The translations under genes and the position numbers were made by a program. The notes beneath the pieces are model-generated. The model worked only from the letters and a program-made list of their open reading frames with translations, was not told where the DNA came from and made no database searches. From assembly GCA_964344705.1 (NCBI GenBank), contig CAYFOG010000003.1, positions 16,715 through 80,714 of the forward strand: a stretch of 64,000 nt of DNA, given 5' to 3'. Numbering within the stretch: the stretch's first letter is position 1; every line of letters starts with the position of its first letter. The stretch comes from Candidatus Woesearchaeota archaeon (GTDB taxonomy: Archaea > Nanobdellota > Nanobdellia > UBA10117 > ARS21). Shown in pieces: positions 29,513 to 39,600 of the stretch.

Positions 29513-30926
29513 TTTGACTTTTCCTTATTCTTTCAATTGTGTTTGTAGATGATTTTCCTTCCACTAATTTGATTATTTTTACTTCTCCACCGTGCTTTTG
29601 GACTGTTTCTGTTTCTGGCAAATCTTTGGCGTTGTAGTCTCCTCCTTTTACATGAACGTCTGGTTGGAGTTGGTTGAGCAGTTCTTCAGGAGTGTCTTCA
29701 TCAAATAGAACAACATAATCTACTGTAGTTAAGTTTGCTGCAAGTTCTGCTCTTTCGGTTTCGCTGTTGATTGGTCGTTTTGGACCTTTGTATCTCTTAG
29801 TTGAAGCATCTGTGTTGATTGCTAATATTAGAATGTCGCCGAAAGCTTTGGCTGTGTTAAGCAATTGTGTGTGTCCGACATGAAGTAAATCATATATTCC
29901 GTTTGTTGTGACTATTTTCTTTCCTTCGGCTTTTAGTTTTTGGACAATTTGTGATAGTTCTTCTTGAGTTTTTATCTTTGAATGCTTTCCATTGAATGAT
30001 GATTTTAATTCTTCTGAAGTGAGCGTTGCTGTTCCGAACTTTCCTACAACTACGCCCGCTGCCTGGTTAGCAATCTGTGTTGCTTCGTATAATTCTGCTT
30101 TTGAGGCTAGCGCAAGTGTTAATGCCGCTATGAATGTGTCTCCCGCTCCAGAAACATCGTAAACTTCGCGGGCTTTCGTTGGTAGATGATTGTATTCTTT
30201 TGTATATTTGTTGTATGAGGAAGTTCCATTTGGTCCTTGTGTGATTATTACATGAGTATTGTGTTTTTCTGCAATTAATTGGGATAATTCTTCCGGGGAG
30301 GTGTTTGTGTTTGTTATTTCTTTTGCTTCTTTTATGTTGGGCGCAATTGTAAACACATCTTTGAATAAATTCATATTGATTGGTTTTGGGTCCACAACAA
30401 TCACTATGTCGAGTTTCTTTAACTCTTCGGTTAGTTCTTTTGTTAGCGTTCCTTTGTTGTAATCTGATAATAGGATCATGTCAAACTGATTTGATTTGAT
30501 GAACTTGATTATTTGTTGGACATGTTCTGATTGAATTGGTTTTGGATCTTCAAAATCCACTCTCAATGCTTGTTGGTTTTGTGCAACTAGGCGGGTTTTC
30601 TTTATTGTTGTGAAGTTATTTCTTTCAATTAGAAAGGTATTGATGTTTGCTTGCTTGAACAGTTCTAGCATCGGCTCTTTGAACTTGTCGTTTCCAACCT
30701 GTCCAATTACTGTGCACTTTGCTCCGAGTGCTACCACGTTGTTTGCAGTGTTTGCTGCGCCACCAAGTCTGTGTTCTCGGTTGTTGTTTGAAACGTTGAG
30801 AACTGGTACTGGTGCTTCTGGATTGATTCGGTTTATGTCTCCGAATAAGTATTCGTCAAGAATTAAATCTCCGATTACAAGTATGTGCTTCTTTGGAAAT
30901 TCCTGAATGGTCTTAATCAGTTTCAT
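29505..30926 (-). CDS. hldE: bifunctional D-beta-D-heptose 7-phosphate kinase / D-beta-D-heptose 1-phosphate adenylyltransferase
   Basis: N-terminal pfkB ribokinase-like domain (GGAANTANN, DVSGAGDTF) plus a C-terminal cytidylyltransferase-like domain (NGIYDLLHVGHTQLL); 473 aa. Confidence 0.85.
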   Translation of the reverse strand: MKLIKTIQEFPKKHILVIGDLILDEYLFGDINRINPEAPVPVLNVSNNNREHRLGGAANTANNVVALGAKCTVIGQVGNDKFKEPMLELFKQANINTFLIERNNFTTIKKTRLVAQNQQALRVDFEDPKPIQSEHVQQIIKFIKSNQFDMILLSDYNKGTLTKELTEELKKLDIVIVVDPKPINMNLFKDVFTIAPNIKEAKEITNTNTSPEELSQLIAEKHNTHVIITQGPNGTSSYNKYTKEYNHLPTKAREVYDVSGAGDTFIAALTLALASKAELYEATQIANQAAGVVVGKFGTATLTSEELKSSFNGKHSKIKTQEELSQIVQKLKAEGKKIVTTNGIYDLLHVGHTQLLNTAKAFGDILILAINTDASTKRYKGPKRPINSETERAELAANLTTVDYVVLFDEDTPEELLNQLQPDVHVKGGDYNAKDLPETETVQKHGGEVKIIKLVEGKSSTNTIERIRKSQNG

Positions 30927-31503
30927 TTACTTTGTAGATTATATGGTCAACTAGTTCACACCAAGTATGGATTATGTTTATGTGTGACTCTTGGATTCTT
31001 GCAGTTGTGTGAGAAGGTATAATTATATTTGAATCTAAAGTTAGTTCGTTAATTGTTCCGCCAGTTTTTCCGTTAAGGCATATTGTTTTCATACCTTTTT
31101 CCTTTGCAGTTTCAAAGGCATTATGAATATTCTTTGAGTTTCCCGAGGTTGTGATTCCGACTAGAACGTCTCCCGGTCTTCCCAAGCCTTCAACTTGTCG
31201 TGAAAATACAAACTCATAACCATAATCGTTTGATGCAGCGGTTACTGCTGACGCATCTGAGGACAGTGCAATCGCTGGAACACTTGGTCGCTCTTTGTTG
31301 TATCGAATAATTAATTCTGCTGCGAAGTGTTGTGCGTCTGCTGCTGAACCGCCGTTTCCGCAAGTTAGTATTTTATTTCCGTTTCTTACTGATTCAAGGA
31401 TTATTTCTCCCGCTCCAACTATTTGATTTAGGTATTTGTCATCCAATAGTTTCTTTTTCGTTTCAATTGACTCTTCTAAGAAGTCTCTAGCTATTTCTTT
31501 CAT
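30913..31503 (-). CDS. gmhA: phosphoheptose (sedoheptulose-7-phosphate) isomerase, SIS domain
   Basis: CGNGGSAADAQHFAAEL...GITTSGNSKNI is the canonical GmhA motif set; 196 aa. Confidence 0.85.
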   Translation of the reverse strand: MKEIARDFLEESIETKKKLLDDKYLNQIVGAGEIILESVRNGNKILTCGNGGSAADAQHFAAELIIRYNKERPSVPAIALSSDASAVTAASNDYGYEFVFSRQVEGLGRPGDVLVGITTSGNSKNIHNAFETAKEKGMKTICLNGKTGGTINELTLDSNIIIPSHTTARIQESHINIIHTWCELVDHIIYKVNETD

Positions 31504-32612
31504 CTTTTCTTTCTTCTTTTTTGTTTGTATATTAACTTTTCAGCGTTTCGGAATACATCATTGACTGTGATTTTATCCATCCAATTTTGTGAGGGAAGCT
31601 TGAAGCTTCCCAAATGCGGGTTAATAACTGGGGCTTCTTTTGATTTGTAAAGTGAGAGGTTGTTTTTACCATATGGTGCGTATCGGACTGGAGTATTGGG
31701 TCCAAACAGTCCAATTGTATCTGTTCCTTGCGCTGCCGAGATGTGTAGAGGTCCCGTATCGTTTGAAATGTAGATGTTACATCGTTCTGTGAGTCCGAAT
31801 AATTGTTTCAATGAGAATTTTCCTGCAAGATTGTAAACTGATTCCCGGTAATTCATTTGTTCTATTATGTTTTCAATGTATTTGTGATGGTTTAATGTAT
31901 CGGGAATTAGAATTATTGCATTATGCTCTTCAATTAGCTTGTCCGCAAGTTTTGCGAAGTTGTTTGCTGACCATCTACGCCACTTTGCTGTTCCAGCACT
32001 CGTGACAGTCATTCCAACTATTGGTCTGCGCTTTGGAAGTCTTTTGAAGAAGTTGTCTACTCTTTTTTTGTCTGAATTCGAGTATTTTAGTAGACTTAGT
32101 TTGTCTGGTTTATTGGGTTTTATGTTTAGAGGTTTGAGTAAATTCAAGAAAGTGTTGACTGCGTGAATTTTATCATTATAATGAACTAATTGATCGTAAA
32201 GTTTTGCTCTCAGACCGTGTGAAAAACCAATTACTGTTTCCGAAAGATGGTTTGTTAGAAGAGCAGATAGTTTTAGATATGGTTCTAAGTCAAAGGCCAA
32301 GTCATATTTCTTATATTGCTTTGTGAGTGTTAGTAAATTGTGTGGTTCAAATAGTTCTATATCGTCGATGAATGGTTGATTATTATATACTGCTTTGTTT
32401 TGATTTCTGCATAGAACAGTTATTCTTGTGTTCGGATAGTTTTGTTTGAATTGTTGGATTAATGGCAAAGTTAGAACTGATTCTCCAATTGCCCAGAGTT
32501 TTACAAATAGCACTTCTTCTGGAACTGCTTTCTTTTGTCGCTTCAAAAGTGAGAGTGTATTTACTAGTGGAGTTCCTACGATTTTGTCTATCTTTCGTTG
32601 TAAACTAAGCAT
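31500..32612 (-). CDS. GT9 heptosyltransferase (second copy)
   Basis: GT9-like fold (ESVLTLPLIQQFK...TVLCR) with a C-terminal GPNTPVRYAPY motif; 370 aa. Confidence 0.65.
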   Translation of the reverse strand: MLSLQRKIDKIVGTPLVNTLSLLKRQKKAVPEEVLFVKLWAIGESVLTLPLIQQFKQNYPNTRITVLCRNQNKAVYNNQPFIDDIELFEPHNLLTLTKQYKKYDLAFDLEPYLKLSALLTNHLSETVIGFSHGLRAKLYDQLVHYNDKIHAVNTFLNLLKPLNIKPNKPDKLSLLKYSNSDKKRVDNFFKRLPKRRPIVGMTVTSAGTAKWRRWSANNFAKLADKLIEEHNAIILIPDTLNHHKYIENIIEQMNYRESVYNLAGKFSLKQLFGLTERCNIYISNDTGPLHISAAQGTDTIGLFGPNTPVRYAPYGKNNLSLYKSKEAPVINPHLGSFKLPSQNWMDKITVNDVFRNAEKLIYKQKRRKKR

Positions 32613-33132
32613 TTTTTATCTTATTTGCTGCGTCTAGCAAATCCTCTGCGATGAATGTTGGTTTTGAGTTTGATTCTGGTTGTATTTCAGATATTCCAGT
32701 TGTTACTAAGACTGATTTCAGTCCCACGCTCTTAGCCAGTTCTATATCTGAGGATCTGTCGCCGATAACATATGAGTTATTTTTGTCAAAATTTGGTGTG
32801 AACAGTGGTTCAATTAGTTTTGTTTTGGGCTTTCTACAGTCGCAGTTGTCTTGTGGAGTGTGTGGACAGAATAGAACTTCTTCAATGTTGATATTTGCTT
32901 GTTTTAGTTCTTCGAGCAAGTGATTGTTGAACTCGTGCATTTGCTCTTCAGTATAGAATCCTCGACCAATTCCTGATTGATTTGTGACAATTATTAGTTT
33001 GAAGCCTTGCTCTTGTAGACTTTGAAGACCTTTGATTGTGTTTGGTAGGAGTTCTGAGTCTCCAATATTGTGAGTGTATCCGTCGTCTTTGTTGATTGTC
33101 CCATCTCGGTCTAGAAATATGATTCGAGTCAT
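32605..33132 (-). CDS. gmhB: D,D-heptose 1,7-bisphosphate phosphatase (HAD superfamily, GmhB)
   Basis: IFLDRDGTIN...VTNQSGIGRG...CDCRKPK are the GmhB HAD motifs and zinc-binding cysteines; 175 aa, first gene of the operon. Confidence 0.85.
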   Translation of the reverse strand: MTRIIFLDRDGTINKDDGYTHNIGDSELLPNTIKGLQSLQEQGFKLIIVTNQSGIGRGFYTEEQMHEFNNHLLEELKQANINIEEVLFCPHTPQDNCDCRKPKTKLIEPLFTPNFDKNNSYVIGDRSSDIELAKSVGLKSVLVTTGISEIQPESNSKPTFIAEDLLDAANKIKNA

Positions 33133-33176
33133 GGATTGGCTTAGTAAGAGGTTTAAAAATGTTTATGAAATAAGGT

Positions 33177-33515
33177 TCAACAGTCTTCGCACCAGATTTT
33201 GTTGGCTATGATTTCGAAGTCTCCTCGATAAATATCTACCTTTCCTTGAATTTTTAGCTGGGTTCCGTTTGTTTGGTAATTATCAAAAAGAATTACAGGG
33301 ATTGTTTCTGTTTGAGTCTTGAGTTTGATAAATGTGAATGATTCTTTTGGCGCGATTTTCTCTATTTCTCCTTGAACGATAACTTCTTTTCCAAAGTGAT
33401 TCTCTATGGAGTCGTTTATAGGTTGGGCAACTGAAACTTCTGCAACAATGAATAATACAAAAGTTGCTACAAATATCCAGACTAGTGCTAGTTTTGTTAG
33501 TGTGGTTTCGTTCAT
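33177..33515 (-). CDS. membrane-anchored OB-fold protein (hypothetical)
   Basis: 112 aa with an N-terminal signal-anchor helix followed by a short beta-rich domain resembling OB/tRNA_anti-like folds. Confidence 0.35.
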   Translation of the reverse strand: MNETTLTKLALVWIFVATFVLFIVAEVSVAQPINDSIENHFGKEVIVQGEIEKIAPKESFTFIKLKTQTETIPVILFDNYQTNGTQLKIQGKVDIYRGDFEIIANKIWCEDC

Positions 33516-33620
33516 AGAAAGATATGTTTTGATATCTTTTAGTTAGTATGGGACAATTATTTTTCAGCAGTTTCTGGAGCATCGAAAAGTATTTATTGAG
33601 ATTTGACTCTTTTAATAGTA

Positions 33621-33880
33621 TGGTTGCTCAAAAATCGAAGTCGGGCGAGATTATTGGAAAGACTGTTGTATCTAAGTCTGGGCGTAAGTTTGGAGTTCTT
33701 GGAGATCTAATTTTTGAATCTCGAACGGGTGAATTGATTTATTTGAGTGTTAAGACTCCGACAGCATATTGTCTAAGTTTAGATTTGGAAAAATCTCGAG
33801 GAGGAGAACATTTGATTCCGTTTAGTGCAGTTATTTCTACAGGTGACTTTGTAATTGTTGCTGAAGAAGATATTGTATAA
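33621..33880 (+). CDS. PRC-barrel domain protein
   Basis: GKTVVSKSGRKFGVLGDLIFESRTGELIYLSV is a PRC-barrel signature. The start chosen is ATG (MVAQ) rather than the longer upstream alternative at 33548. Confidence 0.5.
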
Positions 33881-33940
33881 AACTAACTTCGTTGTTTTTT
33901 GACCTGTGGTTAATTAATATATTCATTTTTTAGTTAATAT

Positions 33941-35140
33941 ATGATTGAATTGGTTTTCGGACTAATTATTGGAGTCTTTCTAGGAATTCTTACGGGTCTT
34001 ATTCCTGGACTACATACTAATACTATTGCAATAATTTTAATGGGTCTTGTTTTGAGAGGTTGGTTGGATTTTAGTAATACTGTTGTTGTTGCGGGATTGG
34101 TGTGTATGCTTGTTGTTCACTCGTTTGTTGATTATATTCCGAGCATATTTTTTGGTGCTCCAAACTCTGATACGGTTCTTAGTGTTTTACCAGGTCATCG
34201 TCTATTGTTGAAAGGTGAGGGCTACTTTGCATTGCGTGAGACTGTTGTTGGAGGAATCACTTCCGTTATTATTGGGTTGCCTTTCTTGATATTCTTTAGT
34301 TGGTTCTTAATGAATTGGTTGGATTTTTTGAAATTGTTTGTGGCGCCGGTTTTGATAATTATTACTTCGTGGTTGATATTGAGTGAGGTTAATTTGAAAA
34401 AAATTGTTTGGGCAACTTTTATCTTTCTTTCTGCAGGAGTCTTGGGAATAATTAGTTTGAATACTTATATTGTGAAAGATCCTTTGTTTCCTTTATTGAG
34501 TGGATTTTTCGGAGTAAGTATGTTACTATTTAGTCTTGGAAAACGTGGTGTTGTTCCCTCGCAAAAAATTGGGGGTGAATTTGAATTATTTAGTTTTGGG
34601 AATTTGGCTTTGGGTTTCGTCAGTTTATTTGCCAGCAGTTTGATGGTGTTGTTTCCTAGTTTAGGTCCAACGCAAAGTGCAACGGTCGCTCAAGCAGTAC
34701 TTAGAAAAAGTTCACATCGAAAATTCTTGAATGTTATGGGCGGAATTAATACTTTGGATGTATTGTTTACGCTTGTTATGTTGTATTTGGTCGGTTCTGC
34801 CCGAAGCGGCGTTCTTGTTGTTGTTCAACAATTATTTGAGATAAATTTGAATATTTTTTTGGTAATGTTGTTATCTTTGTTCATTGGTTTGGGAGTTGGA
34901 GTTCTTGTTAGTTTATATATTGGAAAAAGAGTTAGTAAAGTTGTTTCGAAGATAAATTATAATCTGGTTTCAATACTTATGATTCTTTTTCTTGGAATCT
35001 TGGCAATTTTCCTTTCTGGATTTTTGGGTTTGTTTCTGATGAGTATTTCAACAGCAATTGGAATTATATCTCAAATGGTGGGTGTTAAAAAGGTCCATGC
35101 GATGGGCGTCCTAACTCTTCCAACTATTTTAAATTTTTAA
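33941..35140 (+). CDS. polytopic membrane protein, TctA/DUF112-like transporter family
   Basis: 399 aa, about 10-12 TM, N-terminal GILTGLIPGLHTNT resembling the TctA G..PG.G motif. Confidence 0.4.
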   Translation: MIELVFGLIIGVFLGILTGLIPGLHTNTIAIILMGLVLRGWLDFSNTVVVAGLVCMLVVHSFVDYIPSIFFGAPNSDTVLSVLPGHRLLLKGEGYFALRETVVGGITSVIIGLPFLIFFSWFLMNWLDFLKLFVAPVLIIITSWLILSEVNLKKIVWATFIFLSAGVLGIISLNTYIVKDPLFPLLSGFFGVSMLLFSLGKRGVVPSQKIGGEFELFSFGNLALGFVSLFASSLMVLFPSLGPTQSATVAQAVLRKSSHRKFLNVMGGINTLDVLFTLVMLYLVGSARSGVLVVVQQLFEINLNIFLVMLLSLFIGLGVGVLVSLYIGKRVSKVVSKINYNLVSILMILFLGILAIFLSGFLGLFLMSISTAIGIISQMVGVKKVHAMGVLTLPTILNF

Positions 35141-35659
35141 TTACATCTCAAAAGATATTGAGTCTCTTCTTTGTTTTTCTATTACTTCATTTCCTTCTTT
35201 GGTTAAATAATATTTTCTTGGTCTTGTTCCGGTTGTTGCTACAAAACCTCTATATTCAAGTTCAATTAATTTGTTGCGAATAGTTCTTTCGGATTTATCT
35301 AGAGAATATGCTAATTTTAATTGAATTGGGGATACTGCAAAATGTACTGAGTCTGCTTTTCCTTGTTTGAGTAATATTAGGAATTGTAGCTCAGACATTC
35401 TGAACATTGCAGGTTTTATATTTGCGATTGGTTGTTGCGAGGTATATTTTTGAGTTGTGGAAAGTTTTGGAATTTCGTTTTTCCAATTTCCACTAATTTC
35501 CAAAGATTTTTCCAATAGTTTTTCTTGTTTTTCTTGGAGATTTTTGAGACTTTCTTGGAGATTTTTTATTGTTGTTTCACTTTGAGAAAGCTTTGATTTG
35601 AGGTGCTCTATGTCGATTTTATGGTCGTTGAGAATTTCGCGTATAGCTTTTGGAATCAT
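35141..35659 (-). CDS. coiled-coil + C-terminal winged-helix DNA-binding protein (the ORF track extends it to a TTG at 35782)
   Basis: C-terminal SELQFLILLKQ...ERTIRNKLIELEYRGFVATTGTRPRKYYLTKEG is a wHTH. The first ATG is at 35659, with a TTTTTATA TATA-like element about 30 bp upstream. The upstream extension is encoded by the TTTCCA repeat DNA. Confidence 0.5.
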   Translation of the reverse strand: MIPKAIREILNDHKIDIEHLKSKLSQSETTIKNLQESLKNLQEKQEKLLEKSLEISGNWKNEIPKLSTTQKYTSQQPIANIKPAMFRMSELQFLILLKQGKADSVHFAVSPIQLKLAYSLDKSERTIRNKLIELEYRGFVATTGTRPRKYYLTKEGNEVIEKQRRDSISFEM

Positions 35660-35689
35660 GCGTTTTAGACTTGATAATCGTATAAAAAC

Positions 35690-35910
35690 ATTTATCGTTT
35701 GGAAAAAGGTTTCCAAAGTTTTTCCACTAATTTCCAAAGTTTTTCCACAAAAAGACCCCTTTATTTCCACTGGAGTTTCCAATTGAATTGGTTAAAAACC
35801 ACCTTACTTAATGCTTATTGTTTATTTTTTGTCCATTTTGTTTGGAAAGAGTTTTGGAAAAGTTTTGGAAAGAGTTTCCAAAGTTTTTCCACTAATTTCC
35901 ACTGTTTTCC
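35690..35910. repeat. array of TTTCCA(C/A)/GTGGAAA-type direct and inverted repeats (ORB-like), including an exact 27-bp duplicate
   Basis: TTTCCAAAGTTTTTCCACTAATTTCCA occurs exactly at 35710-35736 and 35875-35901. TTTCCACTAATTTCCAAAG also occurs at 35487-35505 inside the ORF. Multiple TTTGGAAA/TTTCCAAA 8-mers lie in both orientations between the Cas4-like and wHTH genes. Confidence 0.8.
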
Positions 35911-36620
35911 AAAGAAGTTTGTATGTGTGTGCTGGATTCTTTTTTGCTAAAACAAGTATCGTAAAATTCGCAATAATTACAGAAATATGATTCTTCTCTT
36001 ACAGGAGGTGTTGATGTTTTTAGCGCATTAGCTAATACTGTTCCTCTTGCTTCCAAATAACCCAGCATATTTCGCTTCTCAACCTCAAAGGTTTTTATCT
36101 TACTTAAGGAAAAGTAAACTATCATTAATTTTTTGACATCTTTTTGTTGGGATTCAGGTAACATTGAGAAGTATGATTGTATCTGCATAGTATGTTCGGG
36201 TTTGGGTTGTTTTGGTATTCGTTCTGTTGTCTTGAATTCATACATTATGTTGTTGGAAAATACGTCAATAAATCCTATGGCATCGAATACAGAAAAAGGT
36301 GCTTGGAGAAATACTTCATTTTCTTCTTCAGGAATGTGTTCTTGGAAGAAATTATGAATTGCGTGTCCTCTTGAAAATATCCAAAGTTTTTCCAAAGATA
36401 TTGGGATTTCTTCAGTTAAATCATAATAGGACTTTCTGAGGCAGTGTCCAGTTAGTCGAGTTACTCCAAAACGTGGTTTCTTGTTTGGATCTTTCTTTTT
36501 TCTTGGCTTTTGTCCGGCAAGAAGTGCTCTAAGGACAACATTTGGGTAGTTTTCAAAATTACTTTCTCTTACTTCATCAATATGTCTTTCCACACCATCT
36601 GGACAAATAATGTTACTCAT
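35892..36620 (-). CDS. Cas4/RecB-family PD-(D/E)xK exonuclease with 4-Cys Fe-S cluster (stand-alone; Dna2-nuclease-like)
   Basis: All Cas4 signatures are present in order: GVTRLTGHCLRKSYY (N-terminal Cys), GHAIH, AIGFIDVF (motif II Asp), YEFKT (ExK), QIQSYF (QxxxY), and C-terminal CNYCEFYDTC (CxxCx5C). Its 8-nt overlap with the PolD DP2 stop implies an operon. Confidence 0.8.
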   Translation of the reverse strand: MSNIICPDGVERHIDEVRESNFENYPNVVLRALLAGQKPRKKKDPNKKPRFGVTRLTGHCLRKSYYDLTEEIPISLEKLWIFSRGHAIHNFFQEHIPEEENEVFLQAPFSVFDAIGFIDVFSNNIMYEFKTTERIPKQPKPEHTMQIQSYFSMLPESQQKDVKKLMIVYFSLSKIKTFEVEKRNMLGYLEARGTVLANALKTSTPPVREESYFCNYCEFYDTCFSKKESSTHIQTSLENSGN

Positions 36621-39600
36621 TTATGAAACCTCCAAGACTTATTTGTTTTGTAGCATCTTTCCCGAAGACTGATTCGACTCTGCTGCTAAACAATCTTATC
36701 GATTCTCTCAAGTATTCACTAGTACCTTCAATTTCAATTAAGTTTAAAGTTGGCTCCAAATATTTCTTTACTGAACCTTCACTTATTGTGTATATTACTT
36801 TCGGTTTGTTGCATTTTACACACTTACCTGCGAGAGGTGGTCGACGATATTTTTCATTACAAGCAATGCAACGGAATCTTTGCATTGTGAACTTGCGCAT
36901 GTTTCCCTTAAGATCTCTTATGAAGTGTCCGTTGATTATTAGCTCACCAACTTTGTGTAAATCTACAGCACGTATTTTGTCAGCTAAATCGAGCTGCCCT
37001 TCCATTTTTTCCACCATTGTTGGAAGATATTTATATGCAGAAACATTTACTCCTTTGTTCATGTCTGAAACGGTATGTGTGAATCCGTGATTTTGATATT
37101 GATCTTCTTGGTCAATTACATCACCTATCGATTTAACTCTTACCTCCCAAGGATATTTCATTCCCAATGTTGCTTCATAAAACTCTAAAGGATAATCCCA
37201 AGTAATATTTAAATCGTATACTTCATCGTCAACTTCTTTGGAATTTAATATCGTAGATATAACTAAGGGTGCGTCCATGCTTCGGGCACCTCTTCGGTCA
37301 GGTAAAAAGTCTCTTGAGAAATTTAGGAATGCATCCAAAGTTAACATTATTGCTGTTTCTTCTCCATCTAAATCTCTACGTTGTGCTGCATGCCACATTG
37401 GATGGGCGATTACTCCTGAAATATTTGAGAATCCAATTATCCGACCAATGATTCCTGCTGACGTGTGTGGGGCAAGTCCGATTATTAGTTGTCCGATTAG
37501 ATCTTCATTTGTTGCGATGTTGTAGAATGCAGGCAATTTGTATAAATTCACAAGTTCTTCATCAACAAAATCTGCAACTCGTTTGAACACTGAGGTTGCG
37601 GATTCAATTCCTAAGAATTCTTCGTTCGGTAGAATTACGTCTTGAGGGAATATTTCCACCAATTGGGTTGGTTTCGTTAGTGGTTGGTTATGAACATCTT
37701 TTGTATATCCTAATTTATTTGCTTTCTTGACAGATAGTCCAATTTCTTTTGGTGTAAAGTGTGTTGCTCCCAATTCAGTTCCGTCATATCTTACTGTTCC
37801 ATCTTTGTTTACTCGGAGCGAGTGTTTGGCGCGTAGTAAACCTTTGGTTGGGTGTTCAACGTATCGGAATTTGTTCATTGTCGCTCGAACGCCTTTAATT
37901 AGTTTAGGGAAAGGTCCGTCCCATTCTTTTTTTATTCTCTTTGAAAGTTCAGGTAGAGCATACTTTCTCCTTTCGTAAGGGACGCAGGTTGGTGTTTCAG
38001 GTGTTGAATATTTTTTCTTTGTTTTGTAATCCACATATTGTTGTTGAGTATTTTCAGAATTACAGTGTTCGCACTTCTGAAATATTGTTGATTTGTTGCA
38101 GTCCAAACATTTGATTATTGGGAAGTCTGCAGTTACATGTCCAACAGTAATTGCTTCATTGAATGATCTCAATCGTCCACCTTCATTTCCAACCGGGAAT
38201 AAGAAATTTGGTGAGCCTTTCAAATCTCGCATTTTTGCCTTTTCAGGTCTTCCCATTCTTGCGCCGATTCCTGTTCCAAATTTATTTCTGAATTTTATGT
38301 CTGTTCTGAAGTGTGTATTTAGAATATTTTGATTTAATTTTGTTAAGATTATTTTATTGTCTTTTATCGTATGCGGACAACCAATTAATTCTAGCAATCT
38401 TTTTTCGGGCGCATCTGCAGGCATTTCTGATTTTATGTAATTTTGAAGTTGGATTTTTTGTTTTTCTTGGAGAGCGTCTAAATAGAATGTGAACTCTGGA
38501 TGTAGGGGAATGTTAAAATCTTTTGAGAGTTTGATAGCTGTGTCAAAATTTATTTCGGGTGGGATAAACGTGTTGAAAAAATCCTTTGGTAAATTGTGAT
38601 ACGTTTTCGGGTTGTCTTTGATTGCTTTCTTCAATTCCTGCGCCCACCATTCTGGACAATATCCTGCAGGAACGAGAAAGTGTCCGTTTTCTGTGAATTC
38701 TCCCGGAGATATTAGTATGTCTCCCAAATATAATATTTCTGCGATTTCTTTTGTGAGTTCCTTTGCCTCTTCTTCGGTTTTTGGTTTGTGTACTGATCCG
38801 TCTTTAAGTTTTACAATTGGTCCTTCAATTGAATCGCAAGAAGTAAGTGAAGTTGATTTCCCGGGTCGCTCAACCCTTAGTTGTGTTCCGATAGCCAAAT
38901 AATTGTTTAAGACTTGCATTGTTATTGGAGATATTGCCCAAGATCCATGACCTGTTAATCTTGACCTTCCATATCTTTGTCTGAAGCCACCCTGTCTTAA
39001 TGGGTGTGTGAATACGGGCCGTCCTGCAACAATTTCTGCAATATATGAATAATTTGGTTTGAGTTTGTTGTTGTCCTTTTCCTCAGTTTTCTGTCCATCT
39101 GCTTGTTCATGAATTTGTTTTTTTAGCTCTTGGTAATCATTTAGCCACTGCCAGTCTAAATCAAAATCTTTGCCCCAATTATTTAGCTTTTTCATTACTT
39201 TTCCGCCTTTTAGTGGAAGCGCGTCAGTCAACATGAGCGCAACACCGCCTCGAATTCTGTCAGTTTCAATTCGTGAGAGTCCTTTGAAATTTGATACTGT
39301 TAATTCAGAAGTTGGATCTCCGTCGAGCTCCACGGGAAGATTTGAAATTATGTGTCTAATTTCTTCTTCAGTTGGTTTGTATTGTTTTCTCTCAACTCGT
39401 TCGTAATAATCCATGACTTCTGTGTACATTCTTTTGATTTCTTGAGTCGTTGGATCATATTTTTCTATTCCTTGCTTTTTTCGGACGTAATCTGCAATTA
39501 CTGTTGTGACTGCTGACGCTGTTGCTCCACCGCCTCGAATCGGTCCAGCATAGTAAAGTGCTAAATAATCCTTTCCGTCGTTTCGTTTTTTGAATTTTAC

